Source: Entomortierella parvispora E1425 (lineage: Eukaryota; Fungi; Mortierellomycota). Taken from it: DNA of 64,000 nt. The position numbers were made by a program, and so were the translations under genes. This document shows positions 40,664-52,370 of the stretch, in pieces. Position 1 is the first letter of the stretch, and the number at the start of each line of letters is the position of its first letter. The stretch covers positions 62,001 to 126,000 of the forward strand of contig BQFW01000003.1 of the NCBI GenBank assembly GCA_020891255.1, given 5' to 3'. The notes under the pieces are model-generated. The model saw nothing but the letters and a program-made list of their open reading frames with translations, searched no databases and was not told the DNA's origin.

Positions 40664-42888
40664 GTTGGATTATATATGAGTTTCTATGTGGGGAGGAAAG
40701 GGAGAAAGTGAAAAGTTCGGAGGGGAGAGGAGAGGAGGAGAGAAAGAGGAGAGGATGGGGCGGAGGAGAGGGAGGGTGAGAGAGGGAAATGCAAATGAAA
40801 GTGAGAGAGTGTGAAGAACAAGAACAAAAAGGGAAGGAAAGACCGGGGCACCCAAGGGTTTATAAAGGATTGAAGAGTCGTAGAAAAAAAGAAGTGTGGG
40901 GTGACAATAAGAATTGAATGGGCCATTATACAAACATACATCGTTTCATTCCGCTTCTCGGCCGTTCTATTGAATGGGATTTTCCCTCTCAGACTGAGAA
41001 GAGTTCAAGAGGCGAGAGGGGTAGAAAGAAGCAAAGAGAATAATAGGCCCAAGAGTCATAGAGTCTTCCCACGAAACTCGAAAAGGAAACCGCTCTTTTA
41101 TTTTTAGTCGGTCCCTTTTCCATTCAACAGCGGCTGTCTGTCCCACACACCAATCGCGACAGTGCGCCGTGCGACCTTTCTGGTCCTTTCTGTACTCCAC
41201 CCTGTCCACAGGCACCCACGATCGATTTCCATCGATGTGCTTCGCTGGCCTTCTTCCGGGACTTACTCACTCCTCGACTGACTAACACAGGAACACACGC
41301 AGGGCGGATGCACAATCCCTTTTCGTTTCTACTGTCTTTGCCTCCTCACTCCTCCTCTTCCTCCATTGCAGCACCTCCTCGGTCCCAACAAAAACAAAAA
41401 AAAAATGATTGCATGCATTGGATCAGAAGAAGGCCACGTCCTCCTCGCTTCACCTCTCGGTTGGGATGATGTGGGCTTGTTTGCCTGCCTGCTGTTTGCT
41501 TTGACAACAAGAAAAAAAAAAGATTTTTCAATCTCCACAATTTGCCAAATTGCCCAGATGGTCAATGGGGACAACAAGACTGGGCGAGAGCGAGCGAGCG
41601 AGCGAGCGAGAGCAAAAGAGAAAGAAGGTGCAGCAGGGAGAAGAAAATGTGGCCTGAGAAGAACAGCGGGGAGAGAGACACACAACACACTTTTGCTACT
41701 GCATACTTGCTGTAAGAGTGTATTCATTCTTCTCATTCATTCAACTCAACACAATCCTTGAGTTTACTTTTAGCAGACAACTCTCTGTCTCTTTCCCCAC
41801 ATTTTTATTTTCATTGTTCTGATGGGTTAGCAACATGACTCTTTTTTGAAAAAAGTCTCGGAGGCGAACTACATCCCCCAATTGTTACTATACTGCCACA
41901 CATGTACCCATGCGCCATGTGTATCGCTTGCTCCCCAAGTTTTCCATGGATACAACAACAAACTCGACTGTTCATCTTTGGGGAACGACAGAGAAGGGAC
42001 GCGGATCAACAAGTTGCCCGTGGGATGACGACAGGGTCAGCCAAAAGGGGCCTTCGAGATGAGTCTGGGGTGCTTGTGTGTGGGTGTGTTCTGAAAAGGG
42101 AGTTTGAACCTTGGTCGACCGTCGAGTTGAACTTTTGGAGAATGTCGTCTTCATTTTTTTCATTTCCTATTCAATTTCAGTCCCTCTCTATTCAATGACC
42201 TTTTTTCTTTAAATTTCTCTTTGGGTTCCCATTTTGAGGGATGCCGAATTGCTGGGCTTTGGACAGGACAAGACTGGATGGACTCTGCCCGCACTCTTAG
42301 GCCCACCCACTACAGGTACTGTGGTTCAAAGTACAGTTGCCGGCTGGGGGTAACTGGGGTTCTTGACTGGCTGGTAACTGGGTTCCTTTTGACTTGAGGC
42401 AACAGATCGGCCAAAAAAGGCGCCATCGTCCAATTCTCATGCTTCCCCCCCGCTCTTGACTCACCGACCATTGGGTCGCCGCTTGTTCTACACAAGTACA
42501 TATAGCCATGTTCTCTGGATGGTGTGGGGGGAAAAGGACAGACGCGTCAACTACCCCACCTTTTGAAAAAAAAAGAAAGAAAAAAACCAAGACAGTGCAG
42601 AGTGTAGCACAGCATGCAGATCCACGGCCATATGAGGTATGGGGGGAAAAAATGTCTTGCTGCGCTAGGGTTCTTTTTGTTTCTTTTTATTTCTCATCAT
42701 TGCCGTCCACGGATCAGCAAACAATCGCGGACAGACATTGACATTCTCAGAACTGGCCGACATACACAAACACACAATGGCATCGGAACAGTATGGACAA
42801 TTGTCATTCATGTTGTCATCATTCACAAACAGTTTCATTACGCCGAGTCTACACATTTGACACGTCGCTGCTATCTCTTCTATTCTGT

Positions 42889-44123
42889 ATGGTCAATAGA
42901 CCCAAGAAGTCGCAGCTTTATACGCGCACTGGCGACAAGGGCGAGTCTTCTCTTTACAACGGAGAGCGACGCGCCAAGACTGACAGGATCTTTGAAGCCC
43001 TCGGCGCTGTAGATGAGCTCAACTCCAGTATTGGGTAAAAAGACATTTGACTGCTGATAGGTAGCGCCACCGTGAACAAACAGGTATGCAGGAGGCTATA
43101 ACTACCCTTGCGCCCATGGTGCTCATGAATCTATAGAATCGCACATCACTACTGCGTGAAATCGAACAACGGATTGGCGGAGCAATTGATCGAGGTAACT
43201 TTGCGACAAAGCGACGGATAGGACTCAAGGATCCATCTCATCGGACAACTATGACCAATGCACTAAACAGTAAACCGGACAAAACGACTCTTCATTTCAT
43301 TGCAGATCCAGTGCAATCTTCAGGATATTGGCTCCAACATTGCAACACCTCGACACGATGCCTCCGAAATTCAGCTTCGTAAGTTTCGTGATTGGGAGGA
43401 ACATGACAACTGCCTTCAAAATGTGCTGCAAAATATCAAAAGATTGACCGATTGTTTTTTTTTTTTTTTGAACTACAAAAACGATGGATCTGGTAGGCAA
43501 CACTGCCTTTGATGAGGGACACATTGAGAAACTGGAGGGCTGGATCGACACTTTGGATGCTGTAAGTTGAGCGCAAAAGCGTGCCCGCCATCGTTTATAT
43601 TTGGCGACTGAAGGGTGTCCATATTTTTTCGACTGTTTTAGCAACTTCCTCCTCTCCGCAATTTCATCCTTCCTTCTGGAGGAGAGTCGAGTATTTTCTT
43701 GCACCAGGCTAGATCTGTAAGTTGTATACATTGCCGATCAAGCTGGATCTTGGTGGGTTAATATGGAATCTCACCACGAGAAACACATTTTTTTTAAACA
43801 ATCTAGATCTGTCGTCGCGCAGAACGCACAGCTATCCCTGTTGTGGAGGCCGAGGACGCAGATGAGTCTGTCGGCAAGTACTTGAACAGGTAAATCCCTC
43901 CATCACACTTATGGCAGTCAAAGTGAACCAAAAGATATTGCCCTCCGATACCTGTTCTGAAAATAATGACATGTACCCTCTCTCCTGCTGACCCCTGTCT
44001 AGGTTAAGCGACTACCTATTTGCTGCAGCCCGATTTGCGGCCAAGCATGACAAGATGGAAGAGAACTTGTACAAGAAGGCCAAGAGTGGACGCGAGGCTT
44101 CGATCCAGACGCGCGCGCTGTAA
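42889..44123 (+). CDS. MMAB: ATP:cob(I)alamin adenosyltransferase (PduO/MMAB type), 6-7 exons
   Basis: [64 protein letters not shown] and YLNR|[10 protein letters not shown]. All introns are GT-AG and phase-consistent. An alternative start at 42614 is possible via a phase-2 intron. Confidence 0.93.
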
Positions 44124-44473
44124 ATATCACCAAATGGCTGATGTTGGCTTTTGAATGCAGCATTTTGCCCAACGTCTGCACATATAAACCCAGAAATCCG
44201 TCAGAAGCATCTGTGTTGTGTTGAGATATAGTGGTTTTATTCTATAGTCCATGGGTTCTTGGATTATTCGTTTCAAGATCATGATCGTGTCTGATGTTGA
44301 GAGGAGGGAAAGAATATGAGCAAAATCCAAGCCCATGAATGGGTGGTGTGGTGTGGTGAATGGTTGTATGTCGAAGGTGGGGTTCAGAGAGGGAGGTTAC
44401 TTTTTTTTGATTTGCGCCCTTCCTTGATTGTGTCAGTCTTTTTTCTATTATTCCAGAGTTCCATTGATATAAT

Positions 44474-45356
44474 TTATGGGACGACGACGTAGGACTTGGT
44501 GGTGTAACGGTCCGAGTTGTAGACGGACTCGCCGGCCTTCCAGCCCTTGACATCCTTCATGATCTCAGCCTCACGCTCCTTTGCGGCGAGTTCACGGCGG
44601 TAGGTATCACGGTCAGCCTCAGCCTGCAACATGGGGATCAAGTGGATGCGCGACCAGACCTTCTCGCGCTCAAGTTCCCTATTTTATCAAAAAACACTGA
44701 ACCGTTAGAACGCTGAACGATCTCATTTCGTGATTTTGTCCACTGCGTCAGGGGGATAATAAGGTCGTGCTGACTCCTTGCAGATTGTCCCTGAAATTCT
44801 TTTGGTGTGCTGTCCAAGCAGCCCATATTTTGAGCATCCAATTGATACTGCAGACTGTTAAGACGTATTGGCTTAACATATCGACTGTCGGTCATCCGGA
44901 CAATAAGGCGGTTGGGGCATCTCTTTCCAATCTTGGTCAGCACATGGGATGGGGCGTCCTAAATGGCTCCGTTTCGACCCTGATCTCGCGGCATTCCATC
45001 GTAGCTTGAGCAGGATTCCTTTGTCCAGATCACATTGCACTCCATGACGCGACGAAAGTGTCGTGATTAGATCTGATCATGCTCGTCCGTGTTGACATCC
45101 TGAGAAAGACGGATCGGTTCATTCCACACAAGAGGAGGCTGCAATTCGCTAAAGTAAAAGAAGTCGTCGTCCGTCTCTATTACCTGCGCTCCAGGTTGCC
45201 CTGGCCAACTCTGATGAGACCGAGGGTGCACATGAGGGTAATGCCGGAGAAGAGGACAAGACCGGAAGGTCCAATCTTGGGCACATAGCGCTTGTAGCGA
45301 ATTTCGGGGAAACCACCGGGACGGGGGAGTTCCTGTTGTGGGGCAGGAGCAGACAT
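44474..45356 (-). CDS. NDUFA13: Complex I subunit NDUFA13/GRIM-19 (B16.6), 2 exons; not in the ORF track
   Basis: Exon 1 reads MSAPAPQQELPRPGGFPEIRYKRYVPKIGPSG...GNLERR. Exon 2 reads ELEREKVWSRIHLIPMLQAEADRD...MKDVKGWKAGESVYNSDRY*. Confidence 0.93.
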
Positions 45357-45618
45357 GATGATGAAGAGGAGAGTGGGGAGTGGGGGGAGAGGAAGAGAGA
45401 AGGAGAGATGATTTCCGTCAAGGACACACTGCAGCTGGATGTCCGAAATTGCCGCGATGAACCCATTTCAACATCCACAGGCACATCCGAAAAATCCGAG
45501 TGCGTGTCTTGGGAGGAAGAATCATCGCCTGTGCTGCAGATGCGGGCCGCCCTTTAAGGGCAGTCACGAAATCGCGTGGCGCTTTGGGCGCAGTTGCGCG
45601 GTGAGTGGGGCAACGGGG

Positions 45619-45626
45619 TATAAAAG
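45619..45626 (+). promoter_or_regulatory. TATA box (TATAAAAG) upstream of SAH1, in a roughly 400-bp divergent NDUFA13/SAH1 promoter
   Basis: Consensus motif about 135 nt upstream of the SAH1 ATG, followed by a pyrimidine-rich tract. Confidence 0.55.
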
Positions 45627-45757
45627 GTAGGCGCGATTTTCGATGATTTTCTCTCTTTCTTTTCCTTTTTTTTTTCTTTGCTCATTCCTTCTCTTGGATC
45701 CAACCCTCAAACATCGTCAGCACTCTCACTCACACTTCACCTCTCCACCACACCACC

Positions 45758-47421
45758 ATGACCTTCAAAGTCGGTAAGTCCTTTCTTTCCCAGTTCCCAC
45801 AGTCCTTCCCACGCCCCCGAAATCGCGCCGTGGCTCGTTCCCCCGCCAAATCGCTTTTTTTCACACGATTCTTTGATCTGCCCCTATTTTGTCAAAAGGG
45901 GGAGGCAAGAAGGCGTCCATCCCCGGCCTACTTTCCCTACATGCAGTAGAGAGTTTCCCTGAAGATGCCATGGCGTAGTCCCATCCCATCTTATACCTAC
46001 TTGAATCTAACTCGAAACCTTCTCTTCCTCTTCACATGGGGCTCCTCTTCCTCAACATTCCATAGCTGATGTCAGCCTGGCCGCCTTCGGTCGCAAGGAA
46101 ATCGAGCTTGCCGAGAACGAGATGCCCGGCCTCATTGCCCTTCGTCAAAAGTACGGTCCCCAGAAGGTCCTCAAGGGTGCCCGCATTGCCGGTTCGCTCC
46201 ACATGACCATCCAGACCGCCGTCTTGATCGAGACCTTGACCGCTCTCGGTGCCGAAGTCACCTGGACCTCCTGCAACATCTTTTCGACCCAGGACCATGC
46301 TGCCGCTGCCATTGCCGAGACTGGTGTCCCCGTACGTATCCAGCACTAATCGTTCTTTGATCCTCTTGAAGACCCACTTTCTTACTTTGACTTTTTTTAC
46401 ATATACTTAGGTCTTTGCCTGGAAGGGAGAGACGGATGAGGAATACATGTGGTGCTTGGAGCAGCAGCTCCGCGCCTTCAAGGATGGCAAGGGCCCCAAC
46501 CTGATCTTGGACGACGGTGGTGACTTGACCACGCTCATCCACGAGTCTCACCCTGCTCTCTTGAACGAGATCAAGGGTATCTCGGAGGAGACCACTACTG
46601 GTGTTCACCACTTGTACAAGATGCTCAAGGAGGGCAAGCTCAGGGTCCCGGCCATCAACGTCAACGACTCTGTTACAAAGTCCAAGTTTGACAACCTTTA
46701 CGGATGCCGCGAGTCCCTCATCGACGGAATCAAGCGTGCCACTGATATCATGATTGCTGGCAAGGTCGCCGTCGTGGCCGGATACGGTGATGTCGGCAAG
46801 GGTTCCGCCGCTGCCCTCAAGGGTATGGGTGCTCGTGTCCTCGTTACCGAGATTGACCCCATCAACGCTCTCCAGGCCGCCATGGAGGGTTACGAAGTCA
46901 CCACCATGGAGGATGCCGTCAAGGAGGGCAACATCTTTGTCACCACCACCGGCTGCCGCGACATCATTCGTGGTGAGCACTTTGCTGCCATGAAGGACGA
47001 CTCGATTGTCTGCAACATTGGTCACTTTGACATTGAGCTCGATGTCGCTTGGTTGAAGAAGAACGCTGTCAAGCACGTCAACATCAAGCCCCAGGTCGAC
47101 CGTTTCCAAGTCGCCTCTGGCAACCACATCATCCTCTTGGCCGAAGGTCGTCTTGTCAACTTGGGATGCGCCACTGGCCACCCTTCGTTCGTCATGTCCA
47201 ACTCTTTCTCCAATCAGGTCTTGGCCCAGATTGCTCTCTGGACCGACAATGGCTCCTACCCCTTGGGTGTCCACATGCTCCCCAAGAAGCTCGATGAGGA
47301 GGTCGCTGCCTCTCACTTGGCCAAGATTGGTGTCAAGCTTACCAAATTGACCCCTGTCCAGTCCGAGTACCTCGGTCTCCACCCCGAGGGTCCCTTCAAG
47401 CCCGAGCACTACCGCTACTAA
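45758..47421 (+). CDS. SAH1: Adenosylhomocysteinase (SAH hydrolase), 3 exons
   Basis: MTFKV|[93 protein letters not shown] and [10 protein letters not shown]. Confidence 0.98.
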
Positions 47422-48071
47422 AGCGTGCGCAGCTGCGTGGGTGCCGCGGCAAGTATCGCCCAAGGGATTACATTTTGTCGGATCTTGGATCTAACTCCCC
47501 GCCCTTTTTCTTTTAGCTTTTCTTTTTTGCCACCACCACATACCATGGGTAGAGGAGGAGGTCATACCTCATGCCCAAAAACTCAATTCAACATTGTAAC
47601 ATAGTCCGCCTTCCGTTTTTCTCTTTTCTTTCGTATGTACTTTCCCCCCTCAAAATAAAAACAAAAAACCCCTTTTTGTTCAACCAAAAAAAAAAAAAAG
47701 ATCGCATTTTTTTAATATCTTTTTTTGTTTCTTTTTGCCAGGTTGTGATTTCGTACAACTGTAGAAACTCGTTCGGTTCGTGATGGGCATCAATTCGAGA
47801 AGAAGGAGAGAGAGAGAGAGAAAGAAAAAAAATTATAAAACATTTAGAGATAAATGGACAAAGACTTCTTCAAGAGCGTTTGTTTGCAAAGAGGAGGGGT
47901 GGGAAGAGTGGAAGAGAGAGAGAGAGAGAGAGAGAGAAAGAGGGAGGAAGACGGCATCGAGGCTGGTATCTGTATAGAAGACTAAGGTTATTGGTGGTGT
48001 GGATGGGGGATGGCGTTCCAGTAGAGAGGGAGGTTGGGGGAATAAAAAAAAATAGAGCGCCAGCCCTGGTA

Positions 48072-50205
48072 TTATGGTTGTTCCTCGTTCGCCATGTCCA
48101 GGATAGGATTGACATCGTCCACAACAGTCATGTCCGCCAGAAAAGGGATCAGATCCAGTAGCTCTGTGTCGTGAGGGTCGTTGAACCAAGACGAAATCGG
48201 GACAGCGTTGGTCTGGTGAAAGATATAACTGGCGGGCGAATTGTCAATGATGATGGTATTCTTTAAGTCACGACCTATTACAGAGAGATCCTGTGAAAAG
48301 GAAAAAAAAAAAAAGAAAATGGCAATTGAAAAAGTCGTCAGTCACCCTTGTACGGACAGAAACGTATCGGTCGGTAGCCAAAAGACAACACAACATCCAT
48401 ACCTTCACATAGTTGCCCTTGTGGTTAAAGCAAGACTCTCGGAAAAGGCGATGCTTGATCACTCTGTGGATATCGAGCATGTCGAGCACTGGGTCGGCAT
48501 ACTTTGACAGACTGGCAGTAAAGATCACCACTTCATAGAGTTCGCCCATCTTTTGCAGGAATGTGTCCACGCCTGGTCTCTTGATCACATAGACATTATG
48601 GGACTGGTTGTCGATCTCGACGGGGACGACATAGTCGGCTTGAGGAATCAGCTATAGAATCAAAGAAGGGCAAGCCCAAGCAGGAATAAAAACCACACAG
48701 CGTCAATTAAACCTAGCGTCGTTCAATCACCAGCGCTCAGCATTCAAGTAGCAAATAAATCAAACCTTGAAAGAGCTGTGGACCAACGTTTCATCCAAGT
48801 CCAGCACCAGGCACTTCTTGCCTTGATGTTCAGGCGCCATGGGTCCCAGCAATCCAGCGGGTTCCACTTCCTGCGCTTGTTCCTAAAACATCAATAAAAA
48901 AAAGTCGAGGAGTGCGTGCGCGTTAGCCAGGGTTTCGTTTGGACTTGTGAAAAATGATGGAGGACAGAAGGGGGGTGTGAGAGTGGTGGTGCAACAGGGG
49001 TGAGCCCAGGGCAATGTTTTTTGTAGACTACTACGCCCTGTTCTTCTGACGGACTTGCAGACCGAGTGCTCATTGTTCCATCCCTTACTTCCAGCCAATT
49101 TTTCATTTCCCTTCTGCGGGGCAGATATTGGCCATGGTCCCCTCCATGCTCATGTCTTTTTTTTTTTTTTTTTTTTTTTCTCCCGATATCCAAAGTCGAG
49201 TAAAACAAAGAGTCGGGGTCCAATGAGGCAAGGATAAAAAAGAAGCGAGGCCGCGCAATGCTCCGATGGGTCAAATAAAAGAATAAAAGATACAATTGCA
49301 TTTCTTGCTCTTACCACTTCTGCATCCTCCAGGGCTGCCGTGGCAGTGACATTGACCATGGTTGGCTGTGCTGGCAAAGTCTTTTCATCCGCGAGGTGTC
49401 CGGCCACGACCTTTTTGCCCGTGTTCTTTCCAAGGCTCACAGTCGCGGGGCGAGGAGTCCCTCCGACCTGAAGCGAGGCATCGCTGCCGTCCACAAAGTT
49501 GGCTCCACAGCAAAAGATGAGTGAAAGGAAGGAGGGCTTTTGAGGTTTGGCCTCGATAGGATTCTTGCGCGCCTTTGCAGCAGCCATTGAAGCAGGGGTA
49601 TTGGTGGCGTTGTTGTTATTGCCGTTGTTCTTGTTGCCACTGTTGCTGTCGTTGCTGGTGCTGGAGCTACCGTTGGCGGGATTGTTGGTACTAGGGAAAA
49701 CGGTCGAGTTTGCTCCAGACGACAGGTCACTCAAAGGACTGGCCGAGGAAGCTACAGACGGCATTTTCGAACCAACAATGTATGAAAGGAGCGTGTTAGA
49801 CGCAAAGGACAAGAGCAAACGAGAGAGAGCGAGAGAGTAAGAGAAAGAGAGTGTGTTTGTGAGAGAGAGCATGAAAATGAAGAAAAAGAAACAGAGAGAG
49901 AGGAAAAACAAGGAGAATCGACAAACGCGGAGGGCCGTCGGTGGGCTTTCTTTCGCGAAAACGACCAGCGTTGGGCGTGGCAGCCAAGGCGAGTCTCGTG
50001 TAGAGAGCTTGGCAAGGTCTAGAGGACGAGGCTCGCGTGGATGGTAGTTGACGGGCAGACGAGCGTGCCGATAAGTCCATACATGTCTGTTTGCTGTTTG
50101 GGTATCCTTGAAACGTCGAGATGATGCAGAGTAGAGAAAAGATGGCAAAACGAGAGACTGCAGTTCATTACCAGGATCCTTTGAGGCTTTGCTCTTGCCC
50201 GACAT
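48072..50205 (-). CDS. PSR1: Psr1/CTDSP-type small CTD phosphatase (NIF/HAD family), multi-exon
   Basis: [10 protein letters not shown] palmitoylation-like motif, [41 protein letters not shown]|[11 protein letters not shown] and [11 protein letters not shown]. The start is uncertain: 50205 via a GTAATG..TAG intron, or 49764. Confidence 0.92.
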
Positions 50206-52370
50206 GGGAATTCAGGGCCACCGCGTAGGAGGAGGGGAGCTGTCCCTGTTTTTGTTTAGGAGAGGATAGCAGGAAGGAAGGACGGAAGGAAGGAAGAAGA
50301 GACGAGAGAAGAGAAGGAGAGGAGGAGAGAGAGAGAGAGGCGGGCAGAGATGGTCAGTGGTCATAGATCCAGGTTCTTTTTTTTTTTTTTTTTTTTTTTG
50401 GTGGTTCAGGATCGTTTCAATGGTCGAGACTGGTCGAGCCAACAGAGAATGACTGAAGACTGATGACTGTCGACGAGATGATTGTGGAACCAAGGATTGA
50501 ATGGGACGAGATGAGACAACACGCGCCGTGTGTGTGTTTTGTGCGCAAGTATGCTTCTAGACCTGAGTGCACGATGGAGCGACCTCGCGGTCGACCCGAG
50601 GCCTGTCCGAGAGTCAGACGGACAGCAGCACAGTGTCTCCCGCCAGGGGTGCGTGTGGAAGGGGAGCGCACGCCCGTGAATGAATGACGACAGATAATAA
50701 TAATCATTGTAAGGGACGGGTCGTGGAGAGAGGAGACGGGGAGGGAGGAGCAAAGTGAACGGACAAGAGGAATGCGCTGTTGCGCGTGCATGGGTGCATG
50801 GGTGTGTGTGGGTGTGTGTGTGTGTGTGTGCACAAGGGATGGGGGGGACGGGATGGATGGGATAGCGTTGCTTTGCCTGTCTGTCTGTCTGTCCTTCCTG
50901 GGGAAAAAGAGTCATTGAACACCCAGAACACAGACATGAAAAGTGGGCGAGGGATGGAGGATGAACAGGACAATGGACAAGCGAGGACGCAGTTGCAGTC
51001 AGTCAAGGGAGAGGAGAGAGAATGACAACGAGAACGACTCGGAAGGCGAGAATAAGGTCTGTTCTCTGTTGCATCCCTGGCAATGGGACAGACACATCAC
51101 ATTGGCCCATTGTTGGCATGGACAGGGATGAAGATAGAAAGTGGGTCTTACAGGAACAGGAGGGGGGGAGGATGGAGATGGAGATGGAAAGAGACAAGGA
51201 GCGAATGAACGAGGACGAGCGAGGACAGCCGAGGGACGACGGCGACGGCGAGAAGAGAAGAGAGGTTGGGGGAGGGGGAATGGCCGACTGGGATGGGAGG
51301 ACGGAGGGAAAGAAGAGAAGAAAAAGAAAGAAAAAAAAGAAAGGAAGGGGATGTGGGATGTGGGTGTGTGGGAGGAGGAAGAGGAAGAGGAAGATGGAGT
51401 TGAGAGATGGGGAGAGGGAGACACATACTGTAGACACATAGACACATAGACACATAGACACATAGACCGAAAGACACAGAGACTGAAAGACAGACAGACA
51501 ATACATACATACATACAGACACGCAGACCAAGAGCACTTTGCTCTTTCTTTGTGCCTTCTTTTGCGTATTGGCTCGCTCACCTTTGTCTTTCGTTCTCCA
51601 CCAATGTGTCTGCTTGTCCGTCCGTCAGTCTGCCCTGCGCTTGCACTGCACGTTTGCACCTGGTCCGGCCTGGTCTGGCCTGACCTGACCTGACCACCCC
51701 TTGCCCCTTTTAGCCCCGATGGCAACGCGACCCTCATCTTGCAGCCCCGCCATTCCAATGCCATGCAGACACACAGGCAAATCGCCCGTTCAGCCTCATG
51801 CTTTCCCTGCTTCCCTCTTTGTCTATTTGTGTATTTGTCTATTCTCGCCAGTCTGTTCAGCTTTGCTTTGTAGAACGTGATGATAAAACAAAGAATGTGC
51901 GTGGATCTCTTCCTTCTCTCCTTCCCCTCGCAACCACCTCGTTCACTTGCGCGTTGTTTGTCTCTCCCCTTCAATGGATCCAGAGATAGATCCTCCGCCC
52001 AACACACTGCACTTCCCTGTCCATCTCCCAATGTAGTATCCTCCGTCATTCTCCCTCTCCCTCTCTCTCTCTCCCTCTCTCTCTCTCTCTCCCTCTCTCT
52101 CTCCCTCTCTCTACATTTGATAGGATATCCTTCTTATCGTCATCCAGGGAATGTGAGTTGATTGACAGGTACATCATTTGTTCACAAAAAAAAAAGAAAA
52201 AAAGGGCGCCTTCTGACTGGGCCAGCCTCAAGATTAAGATTTCTTTTTTTTTTTTGCTTGTCCTGCTCCTCCTGCTGGACCCTTTCAACAAACAACACAG
52301 CCTCTTTCTTCTCAAAGTCAAAAGAGTCCAGTCGACAGATCTGGTCTCACTCTATTCACCAATATTGCCG

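Noticed and set aside
42200-42880. Possible cobalamin riboswitch upstream of MMAB
   Set aside because: I could not see a B12-box or the conserved core motifs, only a short GGTAACTGGG direct repeat. An Infernal search with the Cobalamin models would be decisive.
37505-47421. GDH2-MMAB-NDUFA13-SAH1 as a metabolic gene cluster
   Set aside because: The functions do not form one pathway: SAH1 links to methylcobalamin/methionine, not adenosylcobalamin. I saw no shared motif, and chance adjacency in a dense genome is sufficient.
46258-47463. 401-aa minus-strand ORF antisense to SAH1
   Set aside because: Same codon-bias shadow effect opposite a highly expressed gene.
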